Shown here in pieces: positions 29,753 through 40,268 of a DNA stretch of 64,000 nucleotides. Source of the DNA: a bacterium (GTDB lineage Bacteria; Electryoneota; Electryoneia; Electryoneales; Electryoneaceae). The DNA lies in NCBI GenBank assembly GCA_963675295.2, contig CAXXKJ010000002.1:32001-96000 (forward strand), written 5' to 3'. Both the position numbers and the translations under genes were made by a program. Each line of letters begins with the position of its first letter. The first letter of the stretch is position 1. Below the pieces are notes generated by a model that made no database searches, was not told where the DNA came from, and worked only from the letters and a program-made list of their open reading frames with translations.

Positions 29753-31528
29753 TCAGAAGCTGAAGGAGTCAGAGAACTCGTCCAGCACCGCCATGCTGAA
29801 GATGGCGTTTGATAGCATCGACGGATTCCACAGGCCCATGTCGAAATTCATCGACGGATACAAATCGCGCAGCCTGTCAATCAACCAGCGCAGGTGTTCG
29901 TGTTTTCCCACAACCTGGTTGAAATGATTCCACGAGACCTTTTCACGCCGTATTGGCGCTTCCTTCTGGGCGAGCATCATCCGCAGCGGGGTCATCGACC
30001 CGACAAGCCGCCGCATGCGGCTCGAGGTCGGCTCATGGACCGGCACATAGCCCTGCAGCGACTTCAGGTTCGCCACTTCCGGATCGAGCCGTTCTCGCAT
30101 CAACGCTTCAAAGCCGCCGTACGAACGAATGTACGACGTCGCACGATAGGCCATCAGCGTGGTATCATACTCCGCGAAAGGCGCGAGAAAATGGCCCAGC
30201 TTCAGGCGTGCGTTGATCAGCGGCCCGGAATAGATCGGCGACCGCACTTCGCCAAGGTGCCGCCGGTAGACGCCGCGTTCGGCCCGCCGTGGCAAGGTCC
30301 GGCGCAAGAGGCGCGCCGTCTTCGCCACCATCCGGTCGGTCAGTTCGGCCAGCAGCGAGGCTTCGTTGAATGCCAGCGTCATTCCGTCGTAGAACAGCCG
30401 GTAATACATCCAGTAGACGAAGTCCGTGGTCTGTGTGTTGATCTGGTAGAAGTTGCGGTAAATCTCGCCGTTCAACCCCTCGATCCGCAGCCGGTTTTTC
30501 CCGAGCAGGTACTCGTTGAACTCGCGGGTGTGAATTCGGCTGAAGCAGTCGAGCGTTTCATTGCTTACGCCGTCGTTGAACAGCACGACATCCTTCAGCG
30601 TCGCCAGAGTGGTGTCGGCGTCCAGCTCGTTCAGTTGCTTCAGTTTGATCGCACGGACATCGAGCCCGCGTGTCGCGGCGATCTGGTTCGCGATCTGCAC
30701 TCGTTCCTGCTCATCCCCGGACGACCAGTAGCTGTGGATGGATGGAGTGATGCCGTCCAGCTCACGCGTGAGCATGAACACCATCCGGTTGACCAGCTCA
30801 CCGAGCAGGCTGATTTCGAGCCCGGTTTTCTCTACAAACGGACGGATTTCACGGAAATAGGTGCGCAGGTGTTCGAGCTGAAAATCGGCGCATTCTTCTT
30901 CGTTACCGCCGCAGCCTTCCATCGCGCCGGGCGGAGGGTAGGCGCTGCGCAGGTTCTTGAACTTGTACCAGCGGCCTTCGAGGTCGAGATGAATCGCCGG
31001 AGTGTAGACAAACACTTCGCCCGCGAGGGTTTCCGGGCCGAGGATGCGTCCAGTAGCGAGCTTTTCAAGCAGCGCCATCCGGTTCAGGCTCAACCGTTTC
31101 GGCGCACCCGCGAGGATTGCGAGCTGGGATGAACTGACCGCGTTGCGGGACTCGTCGAAGAAGACGTGATACAGCCCCATCGGGTCGGTGTGCAGCCGGA
31201 CTTCCTTGCCGCGATGGTAGATGAAGCAGTACGCGCCGCGCAGCTCGGTCGCATCAAACTCGTCATTGTGCAGGTCCGACAGCAGGCGTTGCAGCGATTC
31301 GCGCCAGGTCAGCCCGCGGTAAACGAGCGTGCCGACGCTGTACACTCCGCCCTGCTTGTCCTGCGCGTAATTCTTGTCGCCGTCCACCTGCTTCCGGTAC
31401 AAAATCAACCGCGCTTCCGGGCCCAGTTCGAAGTGCTCCGCCTCGCCGAAACCCGTCGCCACAAACAGCTGCCTGACCCGTTCAATCAGAACCGGCGCTT
31501 TCTTTGTATAGAGGTAGAAAGCTCCCAT
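29753..31528 (-). CDS. Asparagine-synthetase-like protein (divergent amidotransferase family)
   Basis: N-terminal GATase-II-like 'RGAYCF...TDPMGLYHVF' and C-terminal 'GLNGEIYR'; the ATP-binding SGGxDS is replaced by SLLGELVNR. Confidence 0.6.
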   Translation of the reverse strand: MGAFYLYTKKAPVLIERVRQLFVATGFGEAEHFELGPEARLILYRKQVDGDKNYAQDKQGGVYSVGTLVYRGLTWRESLQRLLSDLHNDEFDATELRGAYCFIYHRGKEVRLHTDPMGLYHVFFDESRNAVSSSQLAILAGAPKRLSLNRMALLEKLATGRILGPETLAGEVFVYTPAIHLDLEGRWYKFKNLRSAYPPPGAMEGCGGNEEECADFQLEHLRTYFREIRPFVEKTGLEISLLGELVNRMVFMLTRELDGITPSIHSYWSSGDEQERVQIANQIAATRGLDVRAIKLKQLNELDADTTLATLKDVVLFNDGVSNETLDCFSRIHTREFNEYLLGKNRLRIEGLNGEIYRNFYQINTQTTDFVYWMYYRLFYDGMTLAFNEASLLAELTDRMVAKTARLLRRTLPRRAERGVYRRHLGEVRSPIYSGPLINARLKLGHFLAPFAEYDTTLMAYRATSYIRSYGGFEALMRERLDPEVANLKSLQGYVPVHEPTSSRMRRLVGSMTPLRMMLAQKEAPIRREKVSWNHFNQVVGKHEHLRWLIDRLRDLYPSMNFDMGLWNPSMLSNAIFSMAVLDEFSDSFSF

Positions 31529-31674
31529 CAGGCACCCAATTCGGTCAAGGCTTTGTGGAACCGTTTTCCGCGCGGATCACAACGGGACAATGATAGCAAC
31601 GGACGGGACGGTATGAAACCCGCCCACACGCCGGACTCCGTCAATTGAAGCAAGGAGACACTCTCGAAATGCGG

Positions 31675-32559
31675 TTAGAATGTGTAATTGTACTTCTCGA
31701 GCTCGCCGCTCCAGATCCGGTAGTTCTCCGTTTGCAGAACGTTCTCGAGATCCGGTTGAAACCGGACCAGTTGCGCGCGCGAAGTGCGGAATTTCCGTTT
31801 CGTCAGCTTGCGCATCGCCGGCTCGACATACCGGCGGACCCGTCCCCGGCTTGCCTGTTTCGACACACCGAGCGCATTGAGCAGTCGGGTTAAGCATAGC
31901 GATGGCAAAGTCAGCGATTCGCGCACCTGCTGGAACACGTCCAGACCGTCCGGTTCCTGCACGCCGATATGATCCCAGATCCGGCGCAGAAACTCCAGCC
32001 GGTCATCCCGCATCAGCTCGAAGGGTAGTACCAGCACATTGTCCGCGCCGAACACGTCCTGCTGCATCCGGATCAGCTCCTGGTAGTTGAGCTTGTGAGT
32101 GATCTCCCGGCCGGGCAGGTTGACATCCTGCAGCAGCAGCCGCAACGTCAACGCACCACCCTGCTGTACATACTGCTGGTACATCGATCCGACGTAATCC
32201 ACCGGGTGCCGCAGCACGAGAATCACCTTCACCTCGCCGAACAGCTTCCGGCAACGCCGGGCAAGGGTCATCGTGTCGCGGGCGTGGATCATGTCGCCAG
32301 CGAGGATTTCGTATGAGATGCCGACCTTGTGACCACTGAGATCCAGCCCCTCGGTTTCGCGCTCGAAGTCCCGCCACCACCTGTCCGCGTCGAACATACC
32401 AGTCGCTGTGCGGTAGATCTGCATCAACACCTTGTGACTGTCCCGGTGTCGTGTCCCGTGGTGGAAGACAAACAGCTCCGGATGCCGGTCGAACACCTTC
32501 TGCTGCAGCCAGGTGGACGCGGTCTTGTGCAATCCGATGTGAAGAAACTCAACCTTCAT
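31675..32559 (-). CDS. Sulfotransferase-family protein
   Basis: FLHIGLHKTASTWLQ, ISYE, LRHPVDYVGSMYQQ and VLPFE motifs. Confidence 0.85.
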   Translation of the reverse strand: MKVEFLHIGLHKTASTWLQQKVFDRHPELFVFHHGTRHRDSHKVLMQIYRTATGMFDADRWWRDFERETEGLDLSGHKVGISYEILAGDMIHARDTMTLARRCRKLFGEVKVILVLRHPVDYVGSMYQQYVQQGGALTLRLLLQDVNLPGREITHKLNYQELIRMQQDVFGADNVLVLPFELMRDDRLEFLRRIWDHIGVQEPDGLDVFQQVRESLTLPSLCLTRLLNALGVSKQASRGRVRRYVEPAMRKLTKRKFRTSRAQLVRFQPDLENVLQTENYRIWSGELEKYNYTF

Positions 32560-33892
32560 CGTCGTTCCGGTCCATAGGTTCGGCGTCCTTCTTCGGCGAC
32601 GCACCCTCCTTGTTCAGCAGGATCATAGCCGATCCATAGCCCATTAGCAGGTACGTGACCCGGCCCGCGACCATCGCCTGCGGGAAGGAAGCAAGGTACG
32701 GTTCCGGCGTGTTCAGCCACCACAGCAGGCCGCCGTACACGAGAATCCCGGCCAGCGTGTTGATGAACAGGATGTCCTGCCGCCGGACCACAGTCAACGC
32801 CACGTTGATCACCCGTAGCGACCATAAACCGGCCATCACCAGTGACCACTGCGCCGCGGCGATACCTTCCACGTAATTCGGCAGAAACGCCCGCGTGAAC
32901 CAGTCCACCACCGGGATCCCGATCGCCACCGCCGGGGCCATCATCGCGAACAGCACCAGCGTCGGCTTGATCAACGTTTTGACCACGCCGCGGAAGTGTC
33001 CGTCCTTGCCGAACATCATTGCCGCGCGTGGCAAGGTAACCTTGCTGAATGCGCTTGGGATGATCTGCATCACGTTGCCGATGGTCATCGCCAGCGCGAA
33101 CAGGCCCATGCCGTGCGTGCCGAGGATTTTCAGGACGAGCGTCCCGTTCACCGCCTGCCACAGCACCTCGAGCTGCGCGACGGCGTAAATCGGCAATCCC
33201 ACCTTCCACAGGCTTTTCAGGTTCGGCCAGCTCCAGGACGGGCGCACCTCTTTCATCGGTCGCCAGATGTACACCAGCGCCAGCGAGACAAAACCGAGCA
33301 GCCAGCCACGGATGCAGAGGCCGTAGTAATCGAGAAAATACACGGCGGCCAGCGTCACAACCGACAGCACCGCGCGCACGATCTCGATCTTCGCCAGCTT
33401 CCCAAAATTGGAATGTGTACGGTAGGTGACCTCGTACATGTGGAACAGCAGCGTGAAGGACACGATGAACGCGAACGTGAACCAGCCCACCGCATTCTCG
33501 GTCGGGCCGAGGAACAACTGATGCACACCGAGCCCGGCGAGAATGACGAACACGATGCCGGTCATCAGCGTCATCCACGCAAACCCGGCAGCCGTCTGAT
33601 CCTGCGCACGCTGGTAGTCGTCCTGCCCGATCGCGTACGGAATCTCCCGCGCGAGACCGTTGATCGTGCCGAACTGCGTCATCAACGCGTACTTGTTCGC
33701 CAGCGCGAAGCCGTTGAACAGACCCAGTGTCGAAGGCGCGACCAGGCGTGCGACGAGGAATCCGGCGACCATCTGCAGGAACAGGCCGATCATCTTACCG
33801 CCGGCAAAGATGGCGGTGATCTTCGCCAGCGAGCCCTGCTCGATCTCGTCCTTCAGCCGGGTGGCCTCGTTCAGGCGATCGGCCTCGGCCAC
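32549..33892 (-). CDS. wzx: Wzx-type oligosaccharide flippase (MOP family)
   Basis: About 12 TM segments; VARLVAPSTLG and GLAREIP motifs; located in the glycan operon. Confidence 0.82.
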   Translation of the reverse strand: MAEADRLNEATRLKDEIEQGSLAKITAIFAGGKMIGLFLQMVAGFLVARLVAPSTLGLFNGFALANKYALMTQFGTINGLAREIPYAIGQDDYQRAQDQTAAGFAWMTLMTGIVFVILAGLGVHQLFLGPTENAVGWFTFAFIVSFTLLFHMYEVTYRTHSNFGKLAKIEIVRAVLSVVTLAAVYFLDYYGLCIRGWLLGFVSLALVYIWRPMKEVRPSWSWPNLKSLWKVGLPIYAVAQLEVLWQAVNGTLVLKILGTHGMGLFALAMTIGNVMQIIPSAFSKVTLPRAAMMFGKDGHFRGVVKTLIKPTLVLFAMMAPAVAIGIPVVDWFTRAFLPNYVEGIAAAQWSLVMAGLWSLRVINVALTVVRRQDILFINTLAGILVYGGLLWWLNTPEPYLASFPQAMVAGRVTYLLMGYGSAMILLNKEGASPKKDAEPMDRNDDEG

Positions 33893-34092
33893 CCGGACAG
33901 ACTTCTCCAGCGGGTCCTGATCGCCCGGAACGGTTGTCTTGTCACGGTCCGGCGGTTGTTCGGGGGTGGTGTTCAGCGTCGTGTCCCACAGATGGTGGAT
34001 TCTTGCCGCGAAAGGTACGAAGGAATGCGGGGAATTTGCATAGGGTAGCAGGCCATTGAGTGCTGGGGACGGGCGAGTTCAGGCCTCTGCTA

Positions 34093-35214
34093 TCACCGCG
34101 CCAGGATGTCGTCGTACATCGCCTCGAGCGAATCGAGTTCCTTCGCGTAGTTGTAGTTCTCGAAGACAGCGTCCCGGCCTTTTTGCCCCATCGCTTCGAG
34201 TCGGTCACGGTCGCGCAGCAACGCCTTCACCACCTCAGCGATGTTGCGGGGATCCTCGGTGTTGATGATCTCTGCCGCGCCGGTTTCTTCCGCGACACGC
34301 CGCAGCTCGGTGTAGTCGCTCATCAGCAGCGGCAGCTTCGCGAACATGTAGCTGAAAACACGGTTCGGCAGGCCGATCTGGTTGTTCTCGTTGTCCTGGT
34401 AAAAAACGGTTCCGATTGACGCCTTCGCGATCTCGTCAAAGCTTTCCACCCACGGCACCCAGCCGTCGACGTCCACGTGATCGGCGACACCCAGCTTCGC
34501 CGCCATCTCCGGGATTTTATGCTCGTAACCGTACGCGTATTTGCCGAGGAAGCGGACACGCGCGTCCGGGAATTCCTCATGGATCAACGGTAGCGCCTCA
34601 ACCAGCTTGTCCACCTGGCGTTCCGGTCCGAGACTGCCGCCCGCGCTGAGGATTACCGGCGGGTCCTGCCGTGGTGGCGGGGTCCAGTCGTTGAGACGGC
34701 TGAGGTCGATGATATTGCGGATCACACAGGACCGTTTCACCTGCCCCGCGAACAGATCCGCCTGGCTTTGCGAAACAAACACGACGCCGTCCAGCCGTGG
34801 CAGCAGGTACTGCTCGTACTTCGCGAACCAGTCGGGGAAGATGTCCCGTTTCCAGCCGCTCAACCGGTTGCGCATCGCGCCGGCGTAATTCTCGTGCATG
34901 TCAAACACCACCCGTTTGCCCATGCGCTTCAGCACATCCATGAACGGGTGCAATTCGGGGTCGTGATAGTGATAGATGTCGGCGTTCAGCTGGCGGGCGA
35001 TGCGGAAGGCTTCCCAGGTGGTCAGCAGGATACGTTCCCACTTGGAACGGTTCGGCGTCACCGGCAGAATCGAGACAGCTTCCTCCCGCCGTGCACTCTC
35101 GATCGGTGCGATGTACACCATCTGGTGCCCGCGTTTCGCGAGACCGCGGGTGCAACGCATGAAGATGCGTTCGTCCTGCCACGGGTGGGCGCTGGTGATC
35201 TGGCAAATCCGCAT
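34093..35214 (-). CDS. GT4 glycosyltransferase
   Basis: TSAHPWQDERIF, YHYHDPE, FDMHEN and PNRVFSYM motifs. Confidence 0.88.
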   Translation of the reverse strand: MRICQITSAHPWQDERIFMRCTRGLAKRGHQMVYIAPIESARREEAVSILPVTPNRSKWERILLTTWEAFRIARQLNADIYHYHDPELHPFMDVLKRMGKRVVFDMHENYAGAMRNRLSGWKRDIFPDWFAKYEQYLLPRLDGVVFVSQSQADLFAGQVKRSCVIRNIIDLSRLNDWTPPPRQDPPVILSAGGSLGPERQVDKLVEALPLIHEEFPDARVRFLGKYAYGYEHKIPEMAAKLGVADHVDVDGWVPWVESFDEIAKASIGTVFYQDNENNQIGLPNRVFSYMFAKLPLLMSDYTELRRVAEETGAAEIINTEDPRNIAEVVKALLRDRDRLEAMGQKGRDAVFENYNYAKELDSLEAMYDDILAR

Positions 35215-35248
35215 GGGTCTGACTCAGGTTGATCGACGACGGTTCATG

Positions 35249-35433
35249 AACCACGGAATACACGGAAGAAACGGAATTTCGGGCTCTGGGCTCGAAGGTG
35301 TCATTCTGAACGGAACGAAGAGAAGTGAAGAATCTGCTTGATACTACGGGTTCGAGTCATCGTTGAACCGGCACCGGTTTGCCACCCACCGGCTACCGAC
35401 CACTGCCTACCGACCACCGATTACCGGCTACCG
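35249..35433. repeat. Composite intergenic repeat block (9-mer, REP-like and 7-mer units)
   Basis: AACCACGGAATACACGGAAGAAACGGAA (35249-35276), GTCATTCTGAACG... (35298-35335) and CTACCGA/CCACCGA heptads (35381-35433). Confidence 0.7.
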
Positions 35434-36590
35434 TAGTACTCTTCCGCCTTCGCTTCCATGAACTGCTTCATCTTCACCGCGCGGGCGCCGAGGCTGTTCT
35501 CCTCGGACCACTGGCGGGCGGTGCGGCTCATCTGTTCACGTTTCGCTGTGTCGCTCACCAACGCCGCCGCTGCGTCATGCAGCGCCTTGATATCGGTCGG
35601 ATCGACGAGAATCCCGCGATCCTTGTCCACGATCAGATGGTTGAACGGCAGGTCCGAACTGATCACCGGCAGGCCGCACGCGAGCGCCTCGGTGACGGCG
35701 TTGCACGACCCTTCCGCCAGCGTCGGCAGCATGAACATGTCCGCCGCGCTCAGCAGTTGCGGGAGCTCGTCATGGTCGATCCGTGCCTTCCAGCGAATCT
35801 GGTCGCTCTCCAGTTGCATCGCGCCGTCGCCGATCAGCAGCACGCCGACATTGTTCAGCCCCTTCAGCGCCTCGATCACCCGGTCCGGCCCTTTGCGGTC
35901 GATGTACGCCCCGACAAACGCGACCAGCACTTCATCTTCCGGCAGCTTGTACTTGCGGCGCATCTCCGCACGGTCATACGGCTTGAACTCGTCCGTATCA
36001 GCGGCGTTCGGCAGCACGACGATGTTTTCACGCGGCACATGCAGCTCGTTGTGCATGAAGTCGGCGTTCGGAACGCTCACCGACAGCACGCCGCTCACTC
36101 CACGCACCATCTCGCGCAGTTCGTCCGGCAGGAATGCTTTCTTCGCGCCGCTGTACGACGATTCATCCAGCGTGATGAAGCTCGGCTTGTTGAAGATGCG
36201 CCCCATCCGCACCGACGTAACCCCGCCCGGCAGCAGGAAATGGCCGTAAAACGCGTCGGCGTTGAGCAGGTGCCGGCGGTAGACGTGTTCCACCGCGCGG
36301 GCGAAGAAGTTGACAGTCACATGTGCGGCGTTGCGTGGCGAGAGGAATTTGGACGATACCGACAGGTAGAGCGGAAAGTGCTGATACAGCTTGTTGCCGT
36401 TGGGCAATGTGATTACCCGATCGCCCGCCAGTTTGAGCCCGTTGCGCAGGTCGCTGACCGGCGCGGGGAAAATCACCTGCCCGTCTTCCTCCCACAGGGC
36501 CTGGACCCGTTTGATCAGATCCTGCACGAAAACACCGTGATAGGGACGGTTGGGAGTGGGGTAGACGCTGGACAGGTAAACAGGCTGCAT
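35421..36590 (-). CDS. GT4 glycosyltransferase (TuaC-like)
   Basis: SSVYPTPNRPYHGVFV and LAEGSCNAVTEALACG (E-x7-E) motifs. Confidence 0.88.
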   Translation of the reverse strand: MQPVYLSSVYPTPNRPYHGVFVQDLIKRVQALWEEDGQVIFPAPVSDLRNGLKLAGDRVITLPNGNKLYQHFPLYLSVSSKFLSPRNAAHVTVNFFARAVEHVYRRHLLNADAFYGHFLLPGGVTSVRMGRIFNKPSFITLDESSYSGAKKAFLPDELREMVRGVSGVLSVSVPNADFMHNELHVPRENIVVLPNAADTDEFKPYDRAEMRRKYKLPEDEVLVAFVGAYIDRKGPDRVIEALKGLNNVGVLLIGDGAMQLESDQIRWKARIDHDELPQLLSAADMFMLPTLAEGSCNAVTEALACGLPVISSDLPFNHLIVDKDRGILVDPTDIKALHDAAAALVSDTAKREQMSRTARQWSEENSLGARAVKMKQFMEAKAEEYYGSR

Positions 36591-36716
36591 CGAACTGGTA
36601 TTCCAAGGTTTAGAGTTACATCGATAGGTTACGCTCAAGCTCGGTCATGACTGTACCGCGGTCCGTAGCCCGTAGCCCACAGTCCGCGACCTATAGCCTA
36701 TAGCCCATCGCCTGAG

Positions 36717-37820
36717 CTATGTCCACGGCAAATGATCATGCGGCTGGGCCTTGCTCAGGTCACGTACACGCGACAGCGCAGGTTCCGCGAGCCGTTTCAC
36801 GACGCCCTGGATACCTTTTTCGTCAATCCGTTTCCGGATGTCGCGGTAGAGGTATCCCGCATACCACAGGGTCAGCCGCAGCCGGTTGACCGGGTCGAAC
36901 AGCTTCCGGTCCCAGACATCCGCGACCCCCTGAAAATACGGGTCGCCGGTCATCCCGGCGAGGATCGTCAACTGGCCGACATGCATCTGGTGATAACGGC
37001 TGAGGAACAGCGGCGGTTCGCCGTACTCGTGCCGCAGATCGTAGCTGCTGAGGAAGTGCAGGTCGAATGCCGGCAGGTTGTCCCGGATCGCTTTCACACC
37101 CTGGTCGAGCAGCTCTTTCGCGTGTTCATCGCCGCAGACCTTGTGCAGATCGTACAGGCCGAACAACGCCGCGAGCATACCGTTAAGCGTGTGGTGCTGC
37201 TTGTTTTCTTCGACAAACGCGTACTCTTCGTAGAACACACCCCGCGCGGCTTCATAGCGCACGCCGCCGTCCCGCACATCCCGCTCGAAGGTCAGCATCG
37301 TCCGGCGTGCGAGCTCGAGGTACCGGTCCTCCCGGGTGGTTTCGTACGCCCGCGCGAGCACCGCGATCACCAGCCCTTGCGCCATTGAGCTGATCCATGG
37401 TACTTGCTGGCCGGGGTAATAGGTCAGCGGATAGGGCCAGATCAACGCACCACGGTCTTCGTCCGCGTTCTCGATCAACGTTTCGGTCAGCTTGAGGAAA
37501 TGAGTGCGGTAAACTTCATTACCGGTATCGAGGTACTGACGGTAGTGTTTGTTCGCGACGTGGCAGGTGCGTACCGGGTGCAGCCAGCGGCGACCGTCGG
37601 TTTCGGCCCACACCGGCTCGGTGGACAGCTCTTCGATCGTCGCCGGATTGAGGTAGTACGGCCCGAGTTTATCGGTGCCGAGGTAATCCAGCCGGATCGG
37701 CGTCACCTTGCGGCGGGTGTCGTTCTTGAAGTACAACGCGAGCACCGCGCCGATGGCAAGCACCGGCGCGATGACGATGAACCAGAAGACGAATCGAGTC
37801 AGTCGGAAAAATCTGTTCAA
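36717..37820 (-). CDS. D-glucuronyl C5-epimerase family protein with N-terminal membrane anchor
   Basis: WISSMAQG, GVFYEEY, HTLNGMLAALFGLYD, SSYDL and YHQMHVGQL match the C5-epim_C conserved blocks. Confidence 0.85.
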   Translation of the reverse strand: MNRFFRLTRFVFWFIVIAPVLAIGAVLALYFKNDTRRKVTPIRLDYLGTDKLGPYYLNPATIEELSTEPVWAETDGRRWLHPVRTCHVANKHYRQYLDTGNEVYRTHFLKLTETLIENADEDRGALIWPYPLTYYPGQQVPWISSMAQGLVIAVLARAYETTREDRYLELARRTMLTFERDVRDGGVRYEAARGVFYEEYAFVEENKQHHTLNGMLAALFGLYDLHKVCGDEHAKELLDQGVKAIRDNLPAFDLHFLSSYDLRHEYGEPPLFLSRYHQMHVGQLTILAGMTGDPYFQGVADVWDRKLFDPVNRLRLTLWYAGYLYRDIRKRIDEKGIQGVVKRLAEPALSRVRDLSKAQPHDHLPWT

Positions 37821-37835
37821 CCTCTGATCTCCGGC

Positions 37836-39017
37836 TTACTTCCGCACGAATTCCACAATCGCGTCCACCACTTCCTGCATCTGCTCGAGGGTCAGTTCAG
37901 GATAGATCGGCAACGCGAGGGTGGTCGCGGCGGCACATTCGCTGGCCGGGAAGTCGCCCTGCTTGTAGTTCAAGTCCGCGAAGCAGTCCTGCATGTGGAA
38001 CGGGACCGGGTAATAGACTTCGTGCCCGACGCCCTTCTCCTTCAGCACCTCGCGCAGCTCATCCCGCTTGTCGAGCCGGATGACAAACTGGTTGTAGATG
38101 TGACGGCGGTTATCGAGATCGTCCGGCAGGATCACTTTGTCCGAGCCGACAATGCTGCAGTTCGGCCAATCCGCGCAGCCATTCTTCAGGCAATCGCCTT
38201 TCTCCGCGACCACACCGGCTTCGGTAAACAGCTTGCGGTAGGTGTCGGCGTTCTTCTGACGGCCTTCGGTCCAGCTGTCGAGGTGCTGCAGCTTGACCAG
38301 CAACACCGCCGCCTGGATCGCGTCGAGACGGAAGTTTCCGCCGATCACGCGATGATAGTACTTCGGCTTGCCGCCGTGAACACGGAAGATGCGCAGCTTT
38401 TCCGCGAGCGCGTCATCGTTGGTCACCACCATGCCGCCATCGCCCGCACCGCCGAGGTTCTTCGACGGGAAGAAGCTGAAGCAGCCGTAATCGCCGACAC
38501 TGCCCGCGCGCTTGCCCTTGTATTCCGCGCCAATCGCCTGGGCGCCGTCCTCGATCACGGTCAGCTGGTGCCGTTTGGCGATGTCCATGATCGGATCCAT
38601 GTCCGCCATCTGCCCGTACAGATGGATCGGGATGATCGCCTTGGTGCGTTCGTTGATCGCCGACTCGACCTTGCCCGGGTCCATGTTGAAGGTGACCGGG
38701 TCGATGTCGACAAACACCGGCTTCGCGCCGGTACGCGTGATGCAGCCCGCGGTCGCGAAGAACGAGAACGGCGTCGTGATGACTTCGTCACCCTCGCCGA
38801 TGCCGTCCGCCATCAGGCTGATCAGCAGCGCATCGGTGCCGGAGCTGACGCCGATCGCGTGCTTCGCCTGCGAATACTCCGCGACCTGCTTCTCCAGCTC
38901 GACGACTTTCGGGCCGAGGATGAAGTATTGCGAGTCGAGCACCTCCTGGACTGCCGGCTCGACTTCGTGCTTGATGGAGGCGTACTGCGCCTTCAGATCC
39001 AACAGGGGCACACCCAT
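37836..39017 (-). CDS. DegT-family aminotransferase (WbpE-like)
   Basis: VPLLDLKAQY, SSGTDAL, SFFPSKNLGGAGDGG and GNFRLDAIQAA motifs. Confidence 0.9.
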   Translation of the reverse strand: MGVPLLDLKAQYASIKHEVEPAVQEVLDSQYFILGPKVVELEKQVAEYSQAKHAIGVSSGTDALLISLMADGIGEGDEVITTPFSFFATAGCITRTGAKPVFVDIDPVTFNMDPGKVESAINERTKAIIPIHLYGQMADMDPIMDIAKRHQLTVIEDGAQAIGAEYKGKRAGSVGDYGCFSFFPSKNLGGAGDGGMVVTNDDALAEKLRIFRVHGGKPKYYHRVIGGNFRLDAIQAAVLLVKLQHLDSWTEGRQKNADTYRKLFTEAGVVAEKGDCLKNGCADWPNCSIVGSDKVILPDDLDNRRHIYNQFVIRLDKRDELREVLKEKGVGHEVYYPVPFHMQDCFADLNYKQGDFPASECAAATTLALPIYPELTLEQMQEVVDAIVEFVRK

Positions 39018-39119
39018 GATTTCCCCCTACTCTTCCGCGTTTGGTTTGCGTCTCTAGTCGTTGATCTCCGAACGTGGGCCGCCAATTGATCGGCGGCAGG
39101 ACGCCAGGAGGGTTTTTCT

Positions 39120-39192
39120 TCTCTCACATCTCACATCTCACATCTCAAGTCTCAAGCCTAAAGTCTTTCGTCTTTCGACTCACGACTTTCGA
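39120..39192. repeat. 7-mer tandem repeats
   Basis: (TCTCACA)3, TCTCAAG and CTTTCG(T/A) units. Confidence 0.75.
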
Positions 39193-39201
39193 CGTTGTAC
39201 T

Positions 39202-40263
39202 TCAGTACTTCTGGACCAGCAGCTCCGCGATCTTCGCGGATGCGTTCCCGTCGCCGTACAACTCCGGTTGTTCCTCCGGCCACCAGCGTGTTGTCAGCAT
39301 CTCACCGACCTGGTCGAGATTGTCCCACAGCAGCCGGTTCCAGCCAGCGTCCACTGTTTCCACCCACTCGGTTTCGGGACGAACGGTCACGCACGGCACT
39401 CCGGCGAAATATGCTTCCTTTTGCACGCCGCCGCTGTCTGTCATGATCAATCCGGCGTTCGCCTCGAGCTGCAGGAAATCGAGGTAGCCGAGCGGTTCGA
39501 TGGCACGCACATTTGCCGGGAATTCGATCCCGAAGGTCGCCAGATTGTTGCGTGTGCGCGGATGCACGGGGAAGACATACGTCCGGTCAACCCGGCCCAT
39601 GGTGTCGAACAGCCGCCGCATCCGGTCGGGATCGTCCACGCTATACGGCCTGTGCAACGTGACCAGCACAAACTCGCCTCGCGCCAGGCCGAGCCGCTGC
39701 ATCGCGTCCGATTTCTTTTCCGCGATGGGACGAAAACGTTTTGCGACATCGTACATGACGTCCCCGACACGGTGCACGCCGGCGGTGATCCCTTCCTTCG
39801 TCAGGTTGTCGACCGCGACCTGCGTCGGGCAGAAGAGTGTGTCCGAACAGTGATCGGTCAGCACCCGGTTGTGTTCTTCCGGCATCGACCGGTTGTAGGA
39901 GCGCAGCCCGGCTTCGTTGTGCACCACTGGAATCTGCAGTTTCGCCGCCGCCAGCGCCGCTGCGAGGGTGGAGTTCGTGTCGCCGTGCACCAGCATCGCG
40001 TCCGGCTTGAACTCCAGCAGCGACTGCTCGAACTTCGCAAGCATTTTACCGGTCTGGACCCCGTGCGACCCGGACCCGACCTCGTAATTGACCGCAACCT
40101 CGGGAATGCCCAGCTCACGGAAGAACACGTCCGACATCAGGTCGTCATAATGCTGGCCACTGTGGACGAGGATCTCCTCCACGCCGCGCATCTTCAGCTC
40201 CTCGCTGAGGATCGCGGTCTTGACAAATTGTGGTCGTGCCCCGATGGCGGTGAGAATTTTCAT
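39202..40263 (-). CDS. wecB: Non-hydrolysing UDP-N-acetylglucosamine 2-epimerase (WecB/WbpI-like)
   Basis: GARPQFVK, HSGQHYD, HGDTNST, EAGLRS and TDSGGVQKEA motifs. Confidence 0.92.
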   Translation of the reverse strand: MKILTAIGARPQFVKTAILSEELKMRGVEEILVHSGQHYDDLMSDVFFRELGIPEVAVNYEVGSGSHGVQTGKMLAKFEQSLLEFKPDAMLVHGDTNSTLAAALAAAKLQIPVVHNEAGLRSYNRSMPEEHNRVLTDHCSDTLFCPTQVAVDNLTKEGITAGVHRVGDVMYDVAKRFRPIAEKKSDAMQRLGLARGEFVLVTLHRPYSVDDPDRMRRLFDTMGRVDRTYVFPVHPRTRNNLATFGIEFPANVRAIEPLGYLDFLQLEANAGLIMTDSGGVQKEAYFAGVPCVTVRPETEWVETVDAGWNRLLWDNLDQVGEMLTTRWWPEEQPELYGDGNASAKIAELLVQKY

Positions 40264-40268
40264 GAAGA

